Of a DNA stretch of 64,000 nt, positions 28,798 to 38,528 are shown piece by piece. Position 1 is the stretch's first letter. Every line of letters begins with the position of its first letter. The stretch is from assembly GCA_050633305.1 (NCBI GenBank), contig JBOEGF010000018.1, positions 352,001 to 416,000 on the forward strand, read 5' to 3'. Position numbers and translations under genes: made by a program. This DNA comes from Nannocystales bacterium. GTDB taxonomy: Bacteria; Myxococcota_A; Polyangia; Nannocystales; Nannocystaceae. The notes under the pieces were generated by a model. The model was not told where the DNA came from. It saw only the letters and a program-made list of their open reading frames with translations, and made no database searches.

Positions 28798-29340
28798 ATG
28801 AACTCTTTGCTCCGCGCCACCGCTTTCTCTCTTCCGCTCCTCCTCGGAGTCTCTTCCACTGCCCTCGCGGCGGCTCCCGATGCGTTGGCTCAAACCGCAA
28901 GCCAGGGCAAGAAGGGCAAGAAGGGCAAGGCCGGGAAACAGGCCCGCGGGTTGTGTGCGCAGCTGTCGTGTACCGACGCCCAGAGCGAGCAGGTCGGTGC
29001 GCACCTGCAGGCGCTACGAGAACGACAGAGCTCCGCGAGAGTCGGGCAGCAAGCGTTGAACACGTCCCTTTCTCGGGAGCTGGCCAAGAACAAGCCGAGC
29101 AAGAAAGAGCTCGCACGCATCCAGAAGGATCTCGCTCGAACGCAGGCGAAGATGACCGAGGCAACCCTCAGCACGCTACTCGACATTCACGCGCTTCTGG
29201 ACCCAACGCAGCGCCAACGCTTGTCCAGCATGGTGGAGCGCGGGGGGCTTCGTCGACTCTTCAAGGGGCCACGCGCCGGGCATGGTCCGGGGAGCCGCAA
29301 GCGCCGGGGTGGCTCCCCGCCCACGAAAACGCCGATCTAG
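28798..29340 (+). CDS. Periplasmic Spy/CpxP family protein
   Basis: Signal peptide; LSCTDAQ and LLDPTQR LTxxQ-like motifs; helical. Confidence 0.8.
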   Translation: MNSLLRATAFSLPLLLGVSSTALAAAPDALAQTASQGKKGKKGKAGKQARGLCAQLSCTDAQSEQVGAHLQALRERQSSARVGQQALNTSLSRELAKNKPSKKELARIQKDLARTQAKMTEATLSTLLDIHALLDPTQRQRLSSMVERGGLRRLFKGPRAGHGPGSRKRRGGSPPTKTPI

Positions 29341-29427
29341 GGCCGACGTCTTCGACTCGGGCGCAAACTCAGGGCTCGCACGTGTAGACGGGAACTTTCT
29401 CGTTCGCCGAACGGTGGGACAGGACAC

Positions 29428-29973
29428 ATGCGAATGTCCGCGACCCCATGGGTGGGCGTGGCGTTGGGGTTGATGTGCGCCGTGGGGTGTCCTCAATCCG
29501 ACGTCGGCGCTCCGTGTCAGCACGCCCAGCAAGACGTGCCTTCCGAGCCGGTCATCTCATTCCCATCGCTGGCCTGTGATCAGTTGCTGTGCGTGTTCGG
29601 GGAGACGATCAAGGCGCCGCCGGATCGATGCGAGTCCGACTCGGACTGTACAGAGATGGCAGGTGGGGTCGAGTCGTTCGTCTGCGAAGACAACCGGTGC
29701 ACCGTCGCGCAGCAAACGGTGCTCGAACGTTCCATGTGTTCGACGACCTGCGAGTCAGACGTCGAGTGTGAGTCGTTCGTCGACGGGACGCGCTGCGACA
29801 CGGGGTTCACGTGCGCACCTTTGATGTCGCTTGGAGACTTCTGCTGTCAGAAAGTCTGCGTGTGCCGTGACGGGCTCGACGTCGCGGGTTCGGAGACGCT
29901 TGAAGCGGCGTGTGAGGCCAGCGACGTGCCCGGCTGTTGTGACCGGGACCCACTCCCACGAGGCTGTGGCTGA
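29428..29973 (+). CDS. Cys-rich lipoprotein, CglC (gliding motility)-like
   Basis: Lipobox AVGC; SDVGAPC...ISF..LAC..LLCV...CSTTC pattern recalled from CglC. Confidence 0.55.
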   Translation: MRMSATPWVGVALGLMCAVGCPQSDVGAPCQHAQQDVPSEPVISFPSLACDQLLCVFGETIKAPPDRCESDSDCTEMAGGVESFVCEDNRCTVAQQTVLERSMCSTTCESDVECESFVDGTRCDTGFTCAPLMSLGDFCCQKVCVCRDGLDVAGSETLEAACEASDVPGCCDRDPLPRGCG

Positions 29974-30173
29974 AGGTTCGCGGGCTGCGCCGCCCCCGCC
30001 CGGAGGATGGCGAGGAAACCTACATCCCCCTCGGGTGTGATGTCCTTGCCCGCAGGCCGCCGTTTCTGGCGGTTCTCGGGGCGCCGGGATGGACTCGCCG
30101 AAAAATACCGCCGATCGGAAGGCGTTGGCTCCACACTACAAGGGGTGTCTCGAAAGAGGCGCACGACTGGTGT

Positions 30174-31391
30174 ATGGGGCTCACAGCGGCATTGCTGGCG
30201 ACCGCGTTCACGTTCGGACCGAGCGTGTCTGTGGAAGTCGTGGCGCAGGGCCCCCACGCCGACGACGCCACAGCCCTGGGAGGCTGGCTTGTTCAGCGCC
30301 TCATCGAAGAGGGCTACACGATCGCACCGGCCGAACACGCCGACCAGGTTCTCACGCTGCAGGCCGATGCCGACGCGGTCACCGTGCATGGCGGAACGGA
30401 AGCCTTCGAGATCGAGCCCGGCGCGCCGGCGGTCATGAGGCTCGAGGCATTGCACCGGGCGCGGTTGTTGCTGGAGCACGCGGCCGAAGCCCAGGTCGAG
30501 CCCCCACATCCGTTGGCCTCCGAAGTCTTGGGCATGCGTACGCAGGCCGAGGCGCCCGAAGGCGCAGCGGGCGTGTTGGAGTCGGCGTTGCTGCAGTCAG
30601 GCTACGTGCTCACCCCGCGACCCCGGCCGGGCGACCCGGTGCTGTGCGTGGTCCATACCGACGCCCGACTTGGCGCTTCGATGACGCAGGGAGGGTCCGC
30701 GTGTCCCGACCCCGCCATCTACGTGACGTACGCAGAGTTGCAGCAGCCCGAGGGGGCCGATGCGATCGTGACCCTCATCGAAGGTGCCTCCACGCCCGAG
30801 TCGCCGCCGGTCCGCTCCGCGCCGTTGCCCAGTCCGCCCAGCACGACCGACGAGCCTCCCGCGACGGCGCAGCCCGAACGGTCCGAGGAGAAAACGGGCT
30901 TTATCAGCAAGGAGTCGGAGTTTCGGCTCGGCGCGGACGCCGGCGCGGTGGCGCGTGGCGATGTGGATGCCTACGCCCGCACACACATGCGGCTGGGCAA
31001 GCTCCAGGGTCCGGGAGGTCAGTTGCATGTCGGGATCATTCCATCGCGTTCGGGGTCGGTCCGCGCCCTCGACACCACGCTTGCGGTCGGTCCCGACGTT
31101 CGCTTCGGGCGGCGTCGCTTTGGGGCCGAAGTCGGCCTCGTCGTGGGGGCGCTCGTACACGCTTACGCCGACGAGTCCGTTCGTGGCGGTTCCGCCAGCT
31201 GGTACGTCGGCCTCCCCGCATCGGTCTCGTTGGGTCGCCGCTGGGACCGGATGCGCGTGCACTTGTTTACCGAGGGCTTCATGACCGGCGGTCGTCTGCA
31301 GCACATCCGCGACAACGCACCCAACTGGGCTCGATCGGCCTGGGGGGTCCGTGCGGGGTTGGGCGTCACCTGGGGCTGGAACATCAAATGA
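30174..31391 (+). CDS. Exported protein with C-terminal beta-barrel-like region (ECF-associated OMP)
   Basis: Signal peptide; alternating beta-strands ending GLGVTWGW; ATGA overlap with ECF sigma. Confidence 0.65.
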   Translation: MGLTAALLATAFTFGPSVSVEVVAQGPHADDATALGGWLVQRLIEEGYTIAPAEHADQVLTLQADADAVTVHGGTEAFEIEPGAPAVMRLEALHRARLLLEHAAEAQVEPPHPLASEVLGMRTQAEAPEGAAGVLESALLQSGYVLTPRPRPGDPVLCVVHTDARLGASMTQGGSACPDPAIYVTYAELQQPEGADAIVTLIEGASTPESPPVRSAPLPSPPSTTDEPPATAQPERSEEKTGFISKESEFRLGADAGAVARGDVDAYARTHMRLGKLQGPGGQLHVGIIPSRSGSVRALDTTLAVGPDVRFGRRRFGAEVGLVVGALVHAYADESVRGGSASWYVGLPASVSLGRRWDRMRVHLFTEGFMTGGRLQHIRDNAPNWARSAWGVRAGLGVTWGWNIK

Positions 31392-31960
31392 GCGACCCGT
31401 TGCCCCACACGGTCGATGGTGTTGTAACCCCGGCCCTCACGCGGACTGAGCGGGTCGAGGCCCTGTACCTGCAGCATCGCGAATTCGTCTATCGCCTGGC
31501 TCTGCGCTACGGATCCGGGAGCCATGCGTGGGCCGAAGACGTGGCCCAAGAGGTGTTCGTTCGTCTGTTCGACGTACTCGACTCGCTCGACGAGCGGGCG
31601 GAGCACGGCGGGATGGAGCCCTGGTTCTACCGGGTGACCACCAACCGATGCCTCAACCGTCTTCGGGCAGAGCGGCTGCGCAACGCGGCGCCGGTGCGGT
31701 GGTTGCTGGGCCGTCGCAACACCGACCCTCGTGACCCCGAGCGAGTCACCGCGGCGCGCCAAGGGCTGCAACAGGCCTCGGCCGTGATGGCGAGCCTTCC
31801 ACCGAAGGAGCGGGTCGCGTTCTCGATGCATGTGCTCGACGGAAAAAAGCAGATCGAGATCGCGGAGGTTCTCGGGCACAGCAAGGGCTACGTCTCCAAG
31901 CTGATCGCGCGGGCCGAGGATCGTGTCCGCGCTGCAGGATGGGAGTTGCCCGATGCCTGA
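31388..31960 (+). CDS. ECF RNA polymerase sigma factor
   Basis: AEDVAQEVFVRL, WFYRVTTNRCLNRLR, LPPKERVAF...EIAEVLG. Confidence 0.92.
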   Translation: MSDPLPHTVDGVVTPALTRTERVEALYLQHREFVYRLALRYGSGSHAWAEDVAQEVFVRLFDVLDSLDERAEHGGMEPWFYRVTTNRCLNRLRAERLRNAAPVRWLLGRRNTDPRDPERVTAARQGLQQASAVMASLPPKERVAFSMHVLDGKKQIEIAEVLGHSKGYVSKLIARAEDRVRAAGWELPDA

Positions 31961-33074
31961 TCACGAGCACAATCCCGACCCGCGGCAAGACCTGGTGGCG
32001 GTGCTCGAAGAGCTCGAGCAGAAACGCGAAGCCGAAGGCATGCCGATCGGCGCTCGCAACCGGGTCCAGCTGGCCATTCAAAGCCACGAGTCCGGGCGGC
32101 AGGCTCGCTGGCGGCGCTGGGTCCCGGCTGCATCATTCGTTGCCGGGGCAGCCTTGGTGCTCGCGGTCGTCGGGAGTCGGTGGGCGGCACCCTCCGAGGA
32201 TGCCGCCGTCTCGGGATCCGTAGCCTCGCTCGCGGTCTCGCGTCCCACACGTGCCGCGGTTGGAGCGTTCCACGTCGAAGGCCCCTCCGAGGACTGCCTC
32301 GTTCGCGCGGCCGACGACGCGGCCGATCTCGCAGCGCATTGCAGCTTGGTCGCCCCCCACATGACCGTGCAGGCGTGGGAGGCCGCGACCGTACGCACCG
32401 AAGGGCGCAACGTTCGTGTGCGATCTGGCAAGGTGCTGTTCGAGGTCGAGTCGGTTCCGCACGATGAGGCCCCGGTCGAAGTTGGGGTCAGTCACGGAAC
32501 CATCGAAGTCGTTGGCACCCGGTTCGCGGTCGAGCAACAAGACGGCGGCGGCCATGTTGATCTTCTCGAGGGCAAGATCCGCTTTCATCACCCCGACGGT
32601 CGTGTCGAAGACGTTCTGCCGGGCCAGCGGTTGTCGTGGGGGACGCCGGTTGTTGCGATGGCGGACGGTACGACTGAGGTCGAAACGTCGGATCTGCAGC
32701 CCGCGGTCGCTGCAGCTGCCGAGGATTCCCCTCGGGGCGATGTCAGGGCGTCAGGCGCAAGTGCCGAGCCAGAACGTCGTCGTGCGCGTGGCCGGGGGAC
32801 GGACGCCCAGGCCGCAGCGATCATCGAGCGCGTGACCGAACTACGCGCGAACAAGCGGTTTGGTGCGGCGATCACCGAGTTGAGGCGAGCGCTTCGACGT
32901 AGCTGGGACGGACGCACAGCACAGGTCCTCAGCTACGAACTCGGAGAGCTGCTCCGAGCGGCCGAAGATCCGCTCGGCGCGTGCGACCACTTCGTTGCTC
33001 ACCAGCGCAAGTACCCGAACGGCCGCTACAAGTCGGCCGTCGATCGGGTGCTCGACCGACTCGAGTGCGACTAG
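31953..33074 (+). CDS. FecR-domain anti-sigma factor with C-terminal TPR-like helix pair
   Basis: TM, IEVVGTRFAV...VDLLEGKI FecR motif, YPNGRY end. Confidence 0.85.
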   Translation: MPDHEHNPDPRQDLVAVLEELEQKREAEGMPIGARNRVQLAIQSHESGRQARWRRWVPAASFVAGAALVLAVVGSRWAAPSEDAAVSGSVASLAVSRPTRAAVGAFHVEGPSEDCLVRAADDAADLAAHCSLVAPHMTVQAWEAATVRTEGRNVRVRSGKVLFEVESVPHDEAPVEVGVSHGTIEVVGTRFAVEQQDGGGHVDLLEGKIRFHHPDGRVEDVLPGQRLSWGTPVVAMADGTTEVETSDLQPAVAAAAEDSPRGDVRASGASAEPERRRARGRGTDAQAAAIIERVTELRANKRFGAAITELRRALRRSWDGRTAQVLSYELGELLRAAEDPLGACDHFVAHQRKYPNGRYKSAVDRVLDRLECD

Positions 33075-33093
33075 CCCCCGAGTCCAGCCGGTC

Positions 33094-34275
33094 TCATTTC
33101 GCGGGCGCCAGCGGTTCGCGCAGCTCCCAGCACACCGAATTCTCCAGCGACTTTGGAAGCAGCGCAACCTTGCGTTTGCCGCCCTCGGTGTCGCCGATGA
33201 CGATGTGGGACGGACACTGGACCTCGTCAGCGCTGTGCGCGGTGGCGCTGAGCGTCGAGGCGTCGCACGGGACGCCCAAGTATTCTTCGCATTGCGCCTG
33301 GGCCAGTCCGCCGAGACGGTCGGCGCAAGCCGATGCGCCCGAGGTGGGCTTGGCCGAGTGCAGCACCAAAACCTGTCCCCCCATCACCGGGATTCCGTCG
33401 CGCCCGCTGTCGGCCACGTTCCGGTTCGCAGTTCGGAGAATCGCCTGCTCGCACTTGAGGTTCTGCTCGTCGAGTGTCTTGAGCAACACTGTCTCGCCCC
33501 GCACCTCGACGCTCACCTTTCCGTTGGAGAACTGCCCTTTGGGAATCTGCGCGGTGTTGATGGACCATCGGTTGCCGAAGACCGATGGGCAGAATGGGCC
33601 GGTGCCTTCGACCGGGTCGAGCTTTCCCCGGACCAGGCCTTCTTCGCTGAGCGTGACCGAACCGGTGCAGAGTGTTTCTCCGAACACGCCCTTGCGGACG
33701 ATCAGCTCGTTCGCCTTCGACTCGAACATCACCGCTTCCTCGAGCTCCAGCACCTCGTCGTTGCGCGTTTGGATGATCTGTTTGCCCTCCAGGCGCACCC
33801 CTTCCGCGACCGCGTATGGGTCTTTGCGGCCATACGACCCGGCCATGGTCTCTGGGACCGTGTCGACCAGAGACCAAGCCTCCCAGTCGCCCAGGAGGCT
33901 GGCCTCGCACTTGCTGTCGCTGTCCATCTTGAACATGGTCAGCAGCAGACGTGTGCCGTGCCGGTCGATCGTGCCTTTGCATTTCTTCGGGTCGTCGGTG
34001 CCAGCATCTTTCGCCCAGCGGAGTTCGGCCTCATCGATCTGGTACGAGCCGTTGGCTAATTCCTTGCCCGCGACGATCTTGACCGTGAGCTCAGAGTACC
34101 GAAGCGTGTCGACGTCGACCTCCAAGCCCAGCGTTGGCAGGAACGCATCGACCTCGGTCCGTCCGTACGCGCCGCGCAGAGCTTCCGGAATCGGAGCGGA
34201 ACCGGCCGTCTTGTTGTCGCAAGCGGGCGCGCTGAGCAGGAGCGCGACCAGGGAGATCGTGGCTTGGCGGATCAT
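33094..34275 (-). CDS. Lipoprotein with internal repeated beta domains, hypothetical
   Basis: Lipobox APAC; PEALRGAYGR / PETMAGSYGR repeats. Confidence 0.7.
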   Translation of the reverse strand: MIRQATISLVALLLSAPACDNKTAGSAPIPEALRGAYGRTEVDAFLPTLGLEVDVDTLRYSELTVKIVAGKELANGSYQIDEAELRWAKDAGTDDPKKCKGTIDRHGTRLLLTMFKMDSDSKCEASLLGDWEAWSLVDTVPETMAGSYGRKDPYAVAEGVRLEGKQIIQTRNDEVLELEEAVMFESKANELIVRKGVFGETLCTGSVTLSEEGLVRGKLDPVEGTGPFCPSVFGNRWSINTAQIPKGQFSNGKVSVEVRGETVLLKTLDEQNLKCEQAILRTANRNVADSGRDGIPVMGGQVLVLHSAKPTSGASACADRLGGLAQAQCEEYLGVPCDASTLSATAHSADEVQCPSHIVIGDTEGGKRKVALLPKSLENSVCWELREPLAPAK

Positions 34276-34667
34276 TTGTAGTCGGTCAGATGTCGGCGGC
34301 GGCCACGAGGGTTCTCGCGTTCTCGACGCTCGGCGCAGGCGATGCAGAGTGTGGACCACGGCATCAGCTCCAAGCGTCGTCGCTTGATCTCCTTGCTGCA
34401 GTCCTCGCAGTGACCGTACTCGTCGGGGTCCTCCGCGATCACGTCCAGGGCTTCGAGGATCGCCTCGAGTTGCCGGGTCCGTGTCACGTTCCGCTTGGAT
34501 GCGATGATCTGATTCATCTCGGCCAGCGGTGCGGCGTCCTCGTCCACCCGCCGCGCTGTGTCAGCGCTGGAGTTTTCGGGGACCACCTCCACATCTCCCT
34601 CGGCCCGCAGCTCGGCCTGACGGCTCAAGAGCAGGGCTTTGAAAAACTCGACATCTTTCGGGGTCAC
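34272..34667 (-). CDS. TraR/DksA C4 zinc-finger protein
   Basis: YGHCEDC..EI...RL..MPW..LCIAC; start uncertain (34667-34688). Confidence 0.88.
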   Translation of the reverse strand: MTPKDVEFFKALLLSRQAELRAEGDVEVVPENSSADTARRVDEDAAPLAEMNQIIASKRNVTRTRQLEAILEALDVIAEDPDEYGHCEDCSKEIKRRRLELMPWSTLCIACAERRERENPRGRRRHLTDYK

Positions 34668-34760
34668 TGCCGCCACAGCATCGCCCAAGCTGGGGGGTGA
34701 TGGAAGTGCCCCGTCGCGAAGCCGCGCCGATGCCGGAGCATGGGCGCGGGGGACCTTGGC

Positions 34761-35591
34761 TCAGTCGCGACGGCGACGGCTCGCGAACAGGCCCAGTCCG
34801 AACAGGATCCCAAGCGCTCCCCAGGTTCCACCTCGGCTTCCCGGGGAGACGGCGCAGGCTGCCTCGCCGTCGAAGAGTCCCGAGAGGTCGACCGTTTGTT
34901 CGACCCGGATGCCCTCCGCCTCGAGGGCATCGATGCAGCCGTCGAGGTTGTCGCCGTGGTCGATGTACTGGCCGTCGCAGAACAATGTGCCGCTGGTCGA
35001 ACACTTGCTCGCGCATTCGTTGGCGAAGCTCTCCTGGCAGGCCGTGTATCCCTCGGACTGGCAGGAGATCTGGCAGTCGAGGTTGACCTCTGCGGTGCAG
35101 GAACCGCCGCAGCAACCTTCGCACTGAGCGACACAGTCGGCGTCTGGGGCCTGGACGTCGCAGCTGCCGTCGCACTCGGCCGAGCAGGTCGACTCGCACG
35201 AGGCTCGGCACTCGGTCTCATCATCGGCGCCAGAGCAGGAGGCTTCGCAACTTCCTTCGCAGTCGAGCTGGCAGGATGCCGAGCAGTCGAAGGCTGCGGG
35301 GTTGGCCGAGCACTCCGCTTCGCAGGAGGGACGACAGTCGTTGGTACACTCGATGTCCGCATCGAAGTCGCAGGTGCCTGAGCAGGCCGCCTGTAGATCC
35401 GCCGCACACGCGCTCAGGGCGGCATCGAGGTCGCAACTGCCTTCGCAGGTCGCCTCGAACCGAAGCTCACACTCCGCGCCGCGTTCGATGTGCGCCCCGC
35501 CACACTCGTCGATTCCTGCTTTTGCGTCGGTGCTGGCAAGAAGTGCGGCTCCCAGGGCAAGGCCCATCATGCTGTGTCGGATCAAGTTCAT
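34761..35591 (-). CDS. Cys-rich repeat surface protein with MYXO-CTERM sorting signal
   Basis: Signal peptide; many CxxxC repeats; ACAVSPG...LGILFGLGLFASRRRR. Confidence 0.85.
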   Translation of the reverse strand: MNLIRHSMMGLALGAALLASTDAKAGIDECGGAHIERGAECELRFEATCEGSCDLDAALSACAADLQAACSGTCDFDADIECTNDCRPSCEAECSANPAAFDCSASCQLDCEGSCEASCSGADDETECRASCESTCSAECDGSCDVQAPDADCVAQCEGCCGGSCTAEVNLDCQISCQSEGYTACQESFANECASKCSTSGTLFCDGQYIDHGDNLDGCIDALEAEGIRVEQTVDLSGLFDGEAACAVSPGSRGGTWGALGILFGLGLFASRRRRD

Positions 35592-35859
35592 GTCGTGTCC
35601 TCCGGGGCGCGTGGAAGGGCCCCTGGTGGTTCGTGGCCACTACGGCCCTGATTTCGTGAGCGGGTTGTCGAATCGTTCGGTTTCCCGTTGTGGACGGGAG
35701 AAGTACACGAACCGTGCCGACACGCGTACCAGCCTGTTTTCGGGGGATCGCTGGGCTCTACCGTTGCAGTCCGCAGCACCCGCGCCGCGGACCACGACAT
35801 CGCCGACAGGAGATCCCGCCGGCTGGCCATGGGCTGGCTGCGCGGCATACGATGCGTGG

Positions 35860-36591
35860 GTGGGACGGGGCCAGATCGGAGGCATCGCGGCGCTGGCAGT
35901 CGCGGCTTGGCTTGCGACGCCTGCGGTTGCGGAGGCGGCCGAGGATCGTCGAGGACGCCCCTGGGCTGAGGGAACGGTGGTGCCCACCTTTGGGCTTGGG
36001 TTCGGCTACAGCCAGGACCTCGTATCGCTGAGCTTTGGACTCGGAGGGAGCTACTTCATCGCCGATGGGTTCTCGTTGGGACTCCAGGTCGATGACGAAG
36101 TTCTTCTGTACTCCAAGTCGCTCAAGGGCGATCTCCCGGACCTCGAGAATCAGATCCCGACCAACGTCTTTAGTCTGACTCCGATTGCCCAGTGGGTTTT
36201 CGTTCGCCGGCCTCGATTCTCGCCGTACGTGTTCGCGGGGATCGGTCCCGTGTTCTTCAACAACGACAACGGGGTTTTCGGCCACTGGACCGCTGGGCCA
36301 GGGGCGTACATCGGTGTGGGCGGTCCGGTGTCGATTGACCTGGGGGTCGCGTTCTCGGGTCTCTTTCCGACCGGGCAGTGCAACGACTCGTTCGAGTACC
36401 AGCCCTCTGCGACCGGCGCGGACCCGGTTCCGGTCTTGGACTATTGCTCGTTCCGATGGGGGCCACGTTTGGGCATCGTTCTCGCGCTCGGGGGGTCGAA
36501 GCGAGAAGCTCGCGAGGGGGAGAAGCCTGCCGACCCGTTCCTCCCGCCGGCCGAGGGAAGCTCCGACGGCCAGCCCGCGGCGACGGACTGA
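35860..36591 (+). CDS. Outer-membrane beta-barrel protein
   Basis: Signal peptide AEA; amphipathic strands (FGLGGSYFIADGFSLGL, FSPYVFAGIG). Confidence 0.7.
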   Translation: MGRGQIGGIAALAVAAWLATPAVAEAAEDRRGRPWAEGTVVPTFGLGFGYSQDLVSLSFGLGGSYFIADGFSLGLQVDDEVLLYSKSLKGDLPDLENQIPTNVFSLTPIAQWVFVRRPRFSPYVFAGIGPVFFNNDNGVFGHWTAGPGAYIGVGGPVSIDLGVAFSGLFPTGQCNDSFEYQPSATGADPVPVLDYCSFRWGPRLGIVLALGGSKREAREGEKPADPFLPPAEGSSDGQPAATD

Positions 36592-36896
36592 CGCGTCCTG
36601 CGCGTGCCGATTCGAAGAAGTTTCGGTGACGGTGCGACAACGGCCCGACCATCTCGTCTGTAGGGGTGGAGTCACGACGGATGTGAAGTCGGGACGAAAC
36701 CGCCGCAATACGAATAGAGTGAGGTCTGGGTCGTCTGACCTAGAGCCGCATGAATTGGCCGACGCGCATTGATGGCGCGAGACCGAGCATGCGCCGCACT
36801 GACAGTGTCCCGCCTGGGTCGATGTCTATGCCGCCGATTGGCGTCTGAGCCTCGGCAGTGCCACAATTACCCACACCGCCTACACAGGTTGAAATC

Positions 36897-38390
36897 ATGA
36901 AACGCTCTTTCGCCCTCCTCACTCTCTCCGCCCTTGGTCTCGCGAGCTGCAACTCCGCGTCCGCCGAGGAAGCCGGAATGGGGATGCGCGATTCCGATCG
37001 CATGATTCACCAGGAGGTCGTCTCTGCGTCCCTCTACGGTGAGCCGGACGGGGAATTTGACTCCGCGCTCAGCGACGAGCCCGACGATTTCGAGGACGAG
37101 GCTTCGCCGTCCAGCGAGCGCTTGGCCGACGAGCCCGCCGTGCTCGAGCCTCTGGCCGAGGCCGAAGCCGCGGTGGAGCTGGAGGCGGAGCCGGAGCCCA
37201 TTGCTCGGCGCATCGCTCGGCAGAAGCTCACGATCTTCGCCAAGCCCACCGATTCTGCGCCGATTCGCGGCCGCATCCCGACGGCGGCAGCGTTCGATGT
37301 CTTCGGCTACGTGGATGGGCCGGGGTGTGACGGCGAACTCGGATGGGCCGACCTCGGACACCACGGCTTCGCCTGCATGGACGACACCCGCAACGGCGAG
37401 GGCGCCATCGCGTACGCCCAGCCAAAAATGCGAGCCGAGCTGACACCCTTTTATTACGCCAAGGTGAAGGTCGGGCACGACGCACCTCGCTACCGAAATC
37501 TTCGGGCGCTCAACGCAGGTGCGGATCCCATCGACACCCTCAAAGAAGGGGTCGACTACGCGTTCGTCGTCCGACGTCGATCGAAGGGACAGCTTGTTCT
37601 CATCGACGACCAACGCCGTGTCGTGCGAGAGCAAGACGTCCGGCGGTTTCGGCCCAGCCGCTTCGAAGGTCGAGACCTCGAGGCGGAGCCCGTGCCGGAG
37701 GGCAAGGTGTTGGCTTGGGTCTCCAACTGGCCCAAAGCGCCCGCCTACAGCCGCGCCAGCACGTCATCCGAGCTGGCGACGAACGTCACCTATCACGACC
37801 AACTCCTCGTTGAGCCAGCCGACACCGACGGCTGGTACAAGCTCGACGACGGGAGTTTCATCTCCACGGACGACGTTCGGGTCTTCTCGACACCGACCGA
37901 TCGCCCCGATGGGGTGACCGAGGGGGAAATCTGGGTCGATATCGATCTCGAGCAGCAGGTCCTCTCCGTCATGTTGGGGGATGCTGCGATCTACACCACG
38001 CTCGTCTCCTCTGGCCTCAAGAGTCCCACTCCTCGTGGGCTGTTCCGCATCCACAACAAGCGTGCGGTCGGTTCGATGAGCAGCGCCCCGGGGGCCGACG
38101 ACTTCTACAGTGTGCAGGCGGTTCCCCATGTGCAGTACTTCCTGGGCAGCTTTGCGCTGCACAGCGCCTACTGGCACGATGGATTCGGCCGCCCCATCAG
38201 CCACGGCTGCGTGAATCTCAGCCCCAAGGATGCCAAGCACGTGTTCTCGCTGACCACGCCGAGCCTGCCGATGGGCTGGCTGCACGGGTACGAATCGACG
38301 GAACACCTCGGCACGACGATCCGCGTCCGCATGGGCGACGCTCCGGTCCGTGACCGTCGCGGTGAGGTCGAGCCGATCTTCGGGCGGTAG
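36897..38390 (+). CDS. L,D-transpeptidase (YkuD) lipoprotein
   Basis: Lipobox LASC; WVDIDLEQQ, TPRGLF, ALHSAYWHDGFG..ISHGCVNLS. Confidence 0.92.
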   Translation: MKRSFALLTLSALGLASCNSASAEEAGMGMRDSDRMIHQEVVSASLYGEPDGEFDSALSDEPDDFEDEASPSSERLADEPAVLEPLAEAEAAVELEAEPEPIARRIARQKLTIFAKPTDSAPIRGRIPTAAAFDVFGYVDGPGCDGELGWADLGHHGFACMDDTRNGEGAIAYAQPKMRAELTPFYYAKVKVGHDAPRYRNLRALNAGADPIDTLKEGVDYAFVVRRRSKGQLVLIDDQRRVVREQDVRRFRPSRFEGRDLEAEPVPEGKVLAWVSNWPKAPAYSRASTSSELATNVTYHDQLLVEPADTDGWYKLDDGSFISTDDVRVFSTPTDRPDGVTEGEIWVDIDLEQQVLSVMLGDAAIYTTLVSSGLKSPTPRGLFRIHNKRAVGSMSSAPGADDFYSVQAVPHVQYFLGSFALHSAYWHDGFGRPISHGCVNLSPKDAKHVFSLTTPSLPMGWLHGYESTEHLGTTIRVRMGDAPVRDRRGEVEPIFGR

Positions 38391-38528
38391 AAAGCGTTCT
38401 CTGGCCTACGTCCAGCCGGCCACGAGTTTGAGCTGGCCGGGCTCGGGCGGAGGTTTCGCCGGGATGCGTGAGTGGGGGCACGGCTGAGCCGTTGCACAGT
38501 GCGGGGTGCATCGGGTCTGCTCTCTCTC

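Noticed and set aside
36680..36702. Hammerhead or c-di-GMP-I-like fragment (gggacgaaac)
   Set aside because: Lacks the CUGAnGA core and the GCAAACC/GAAA elements
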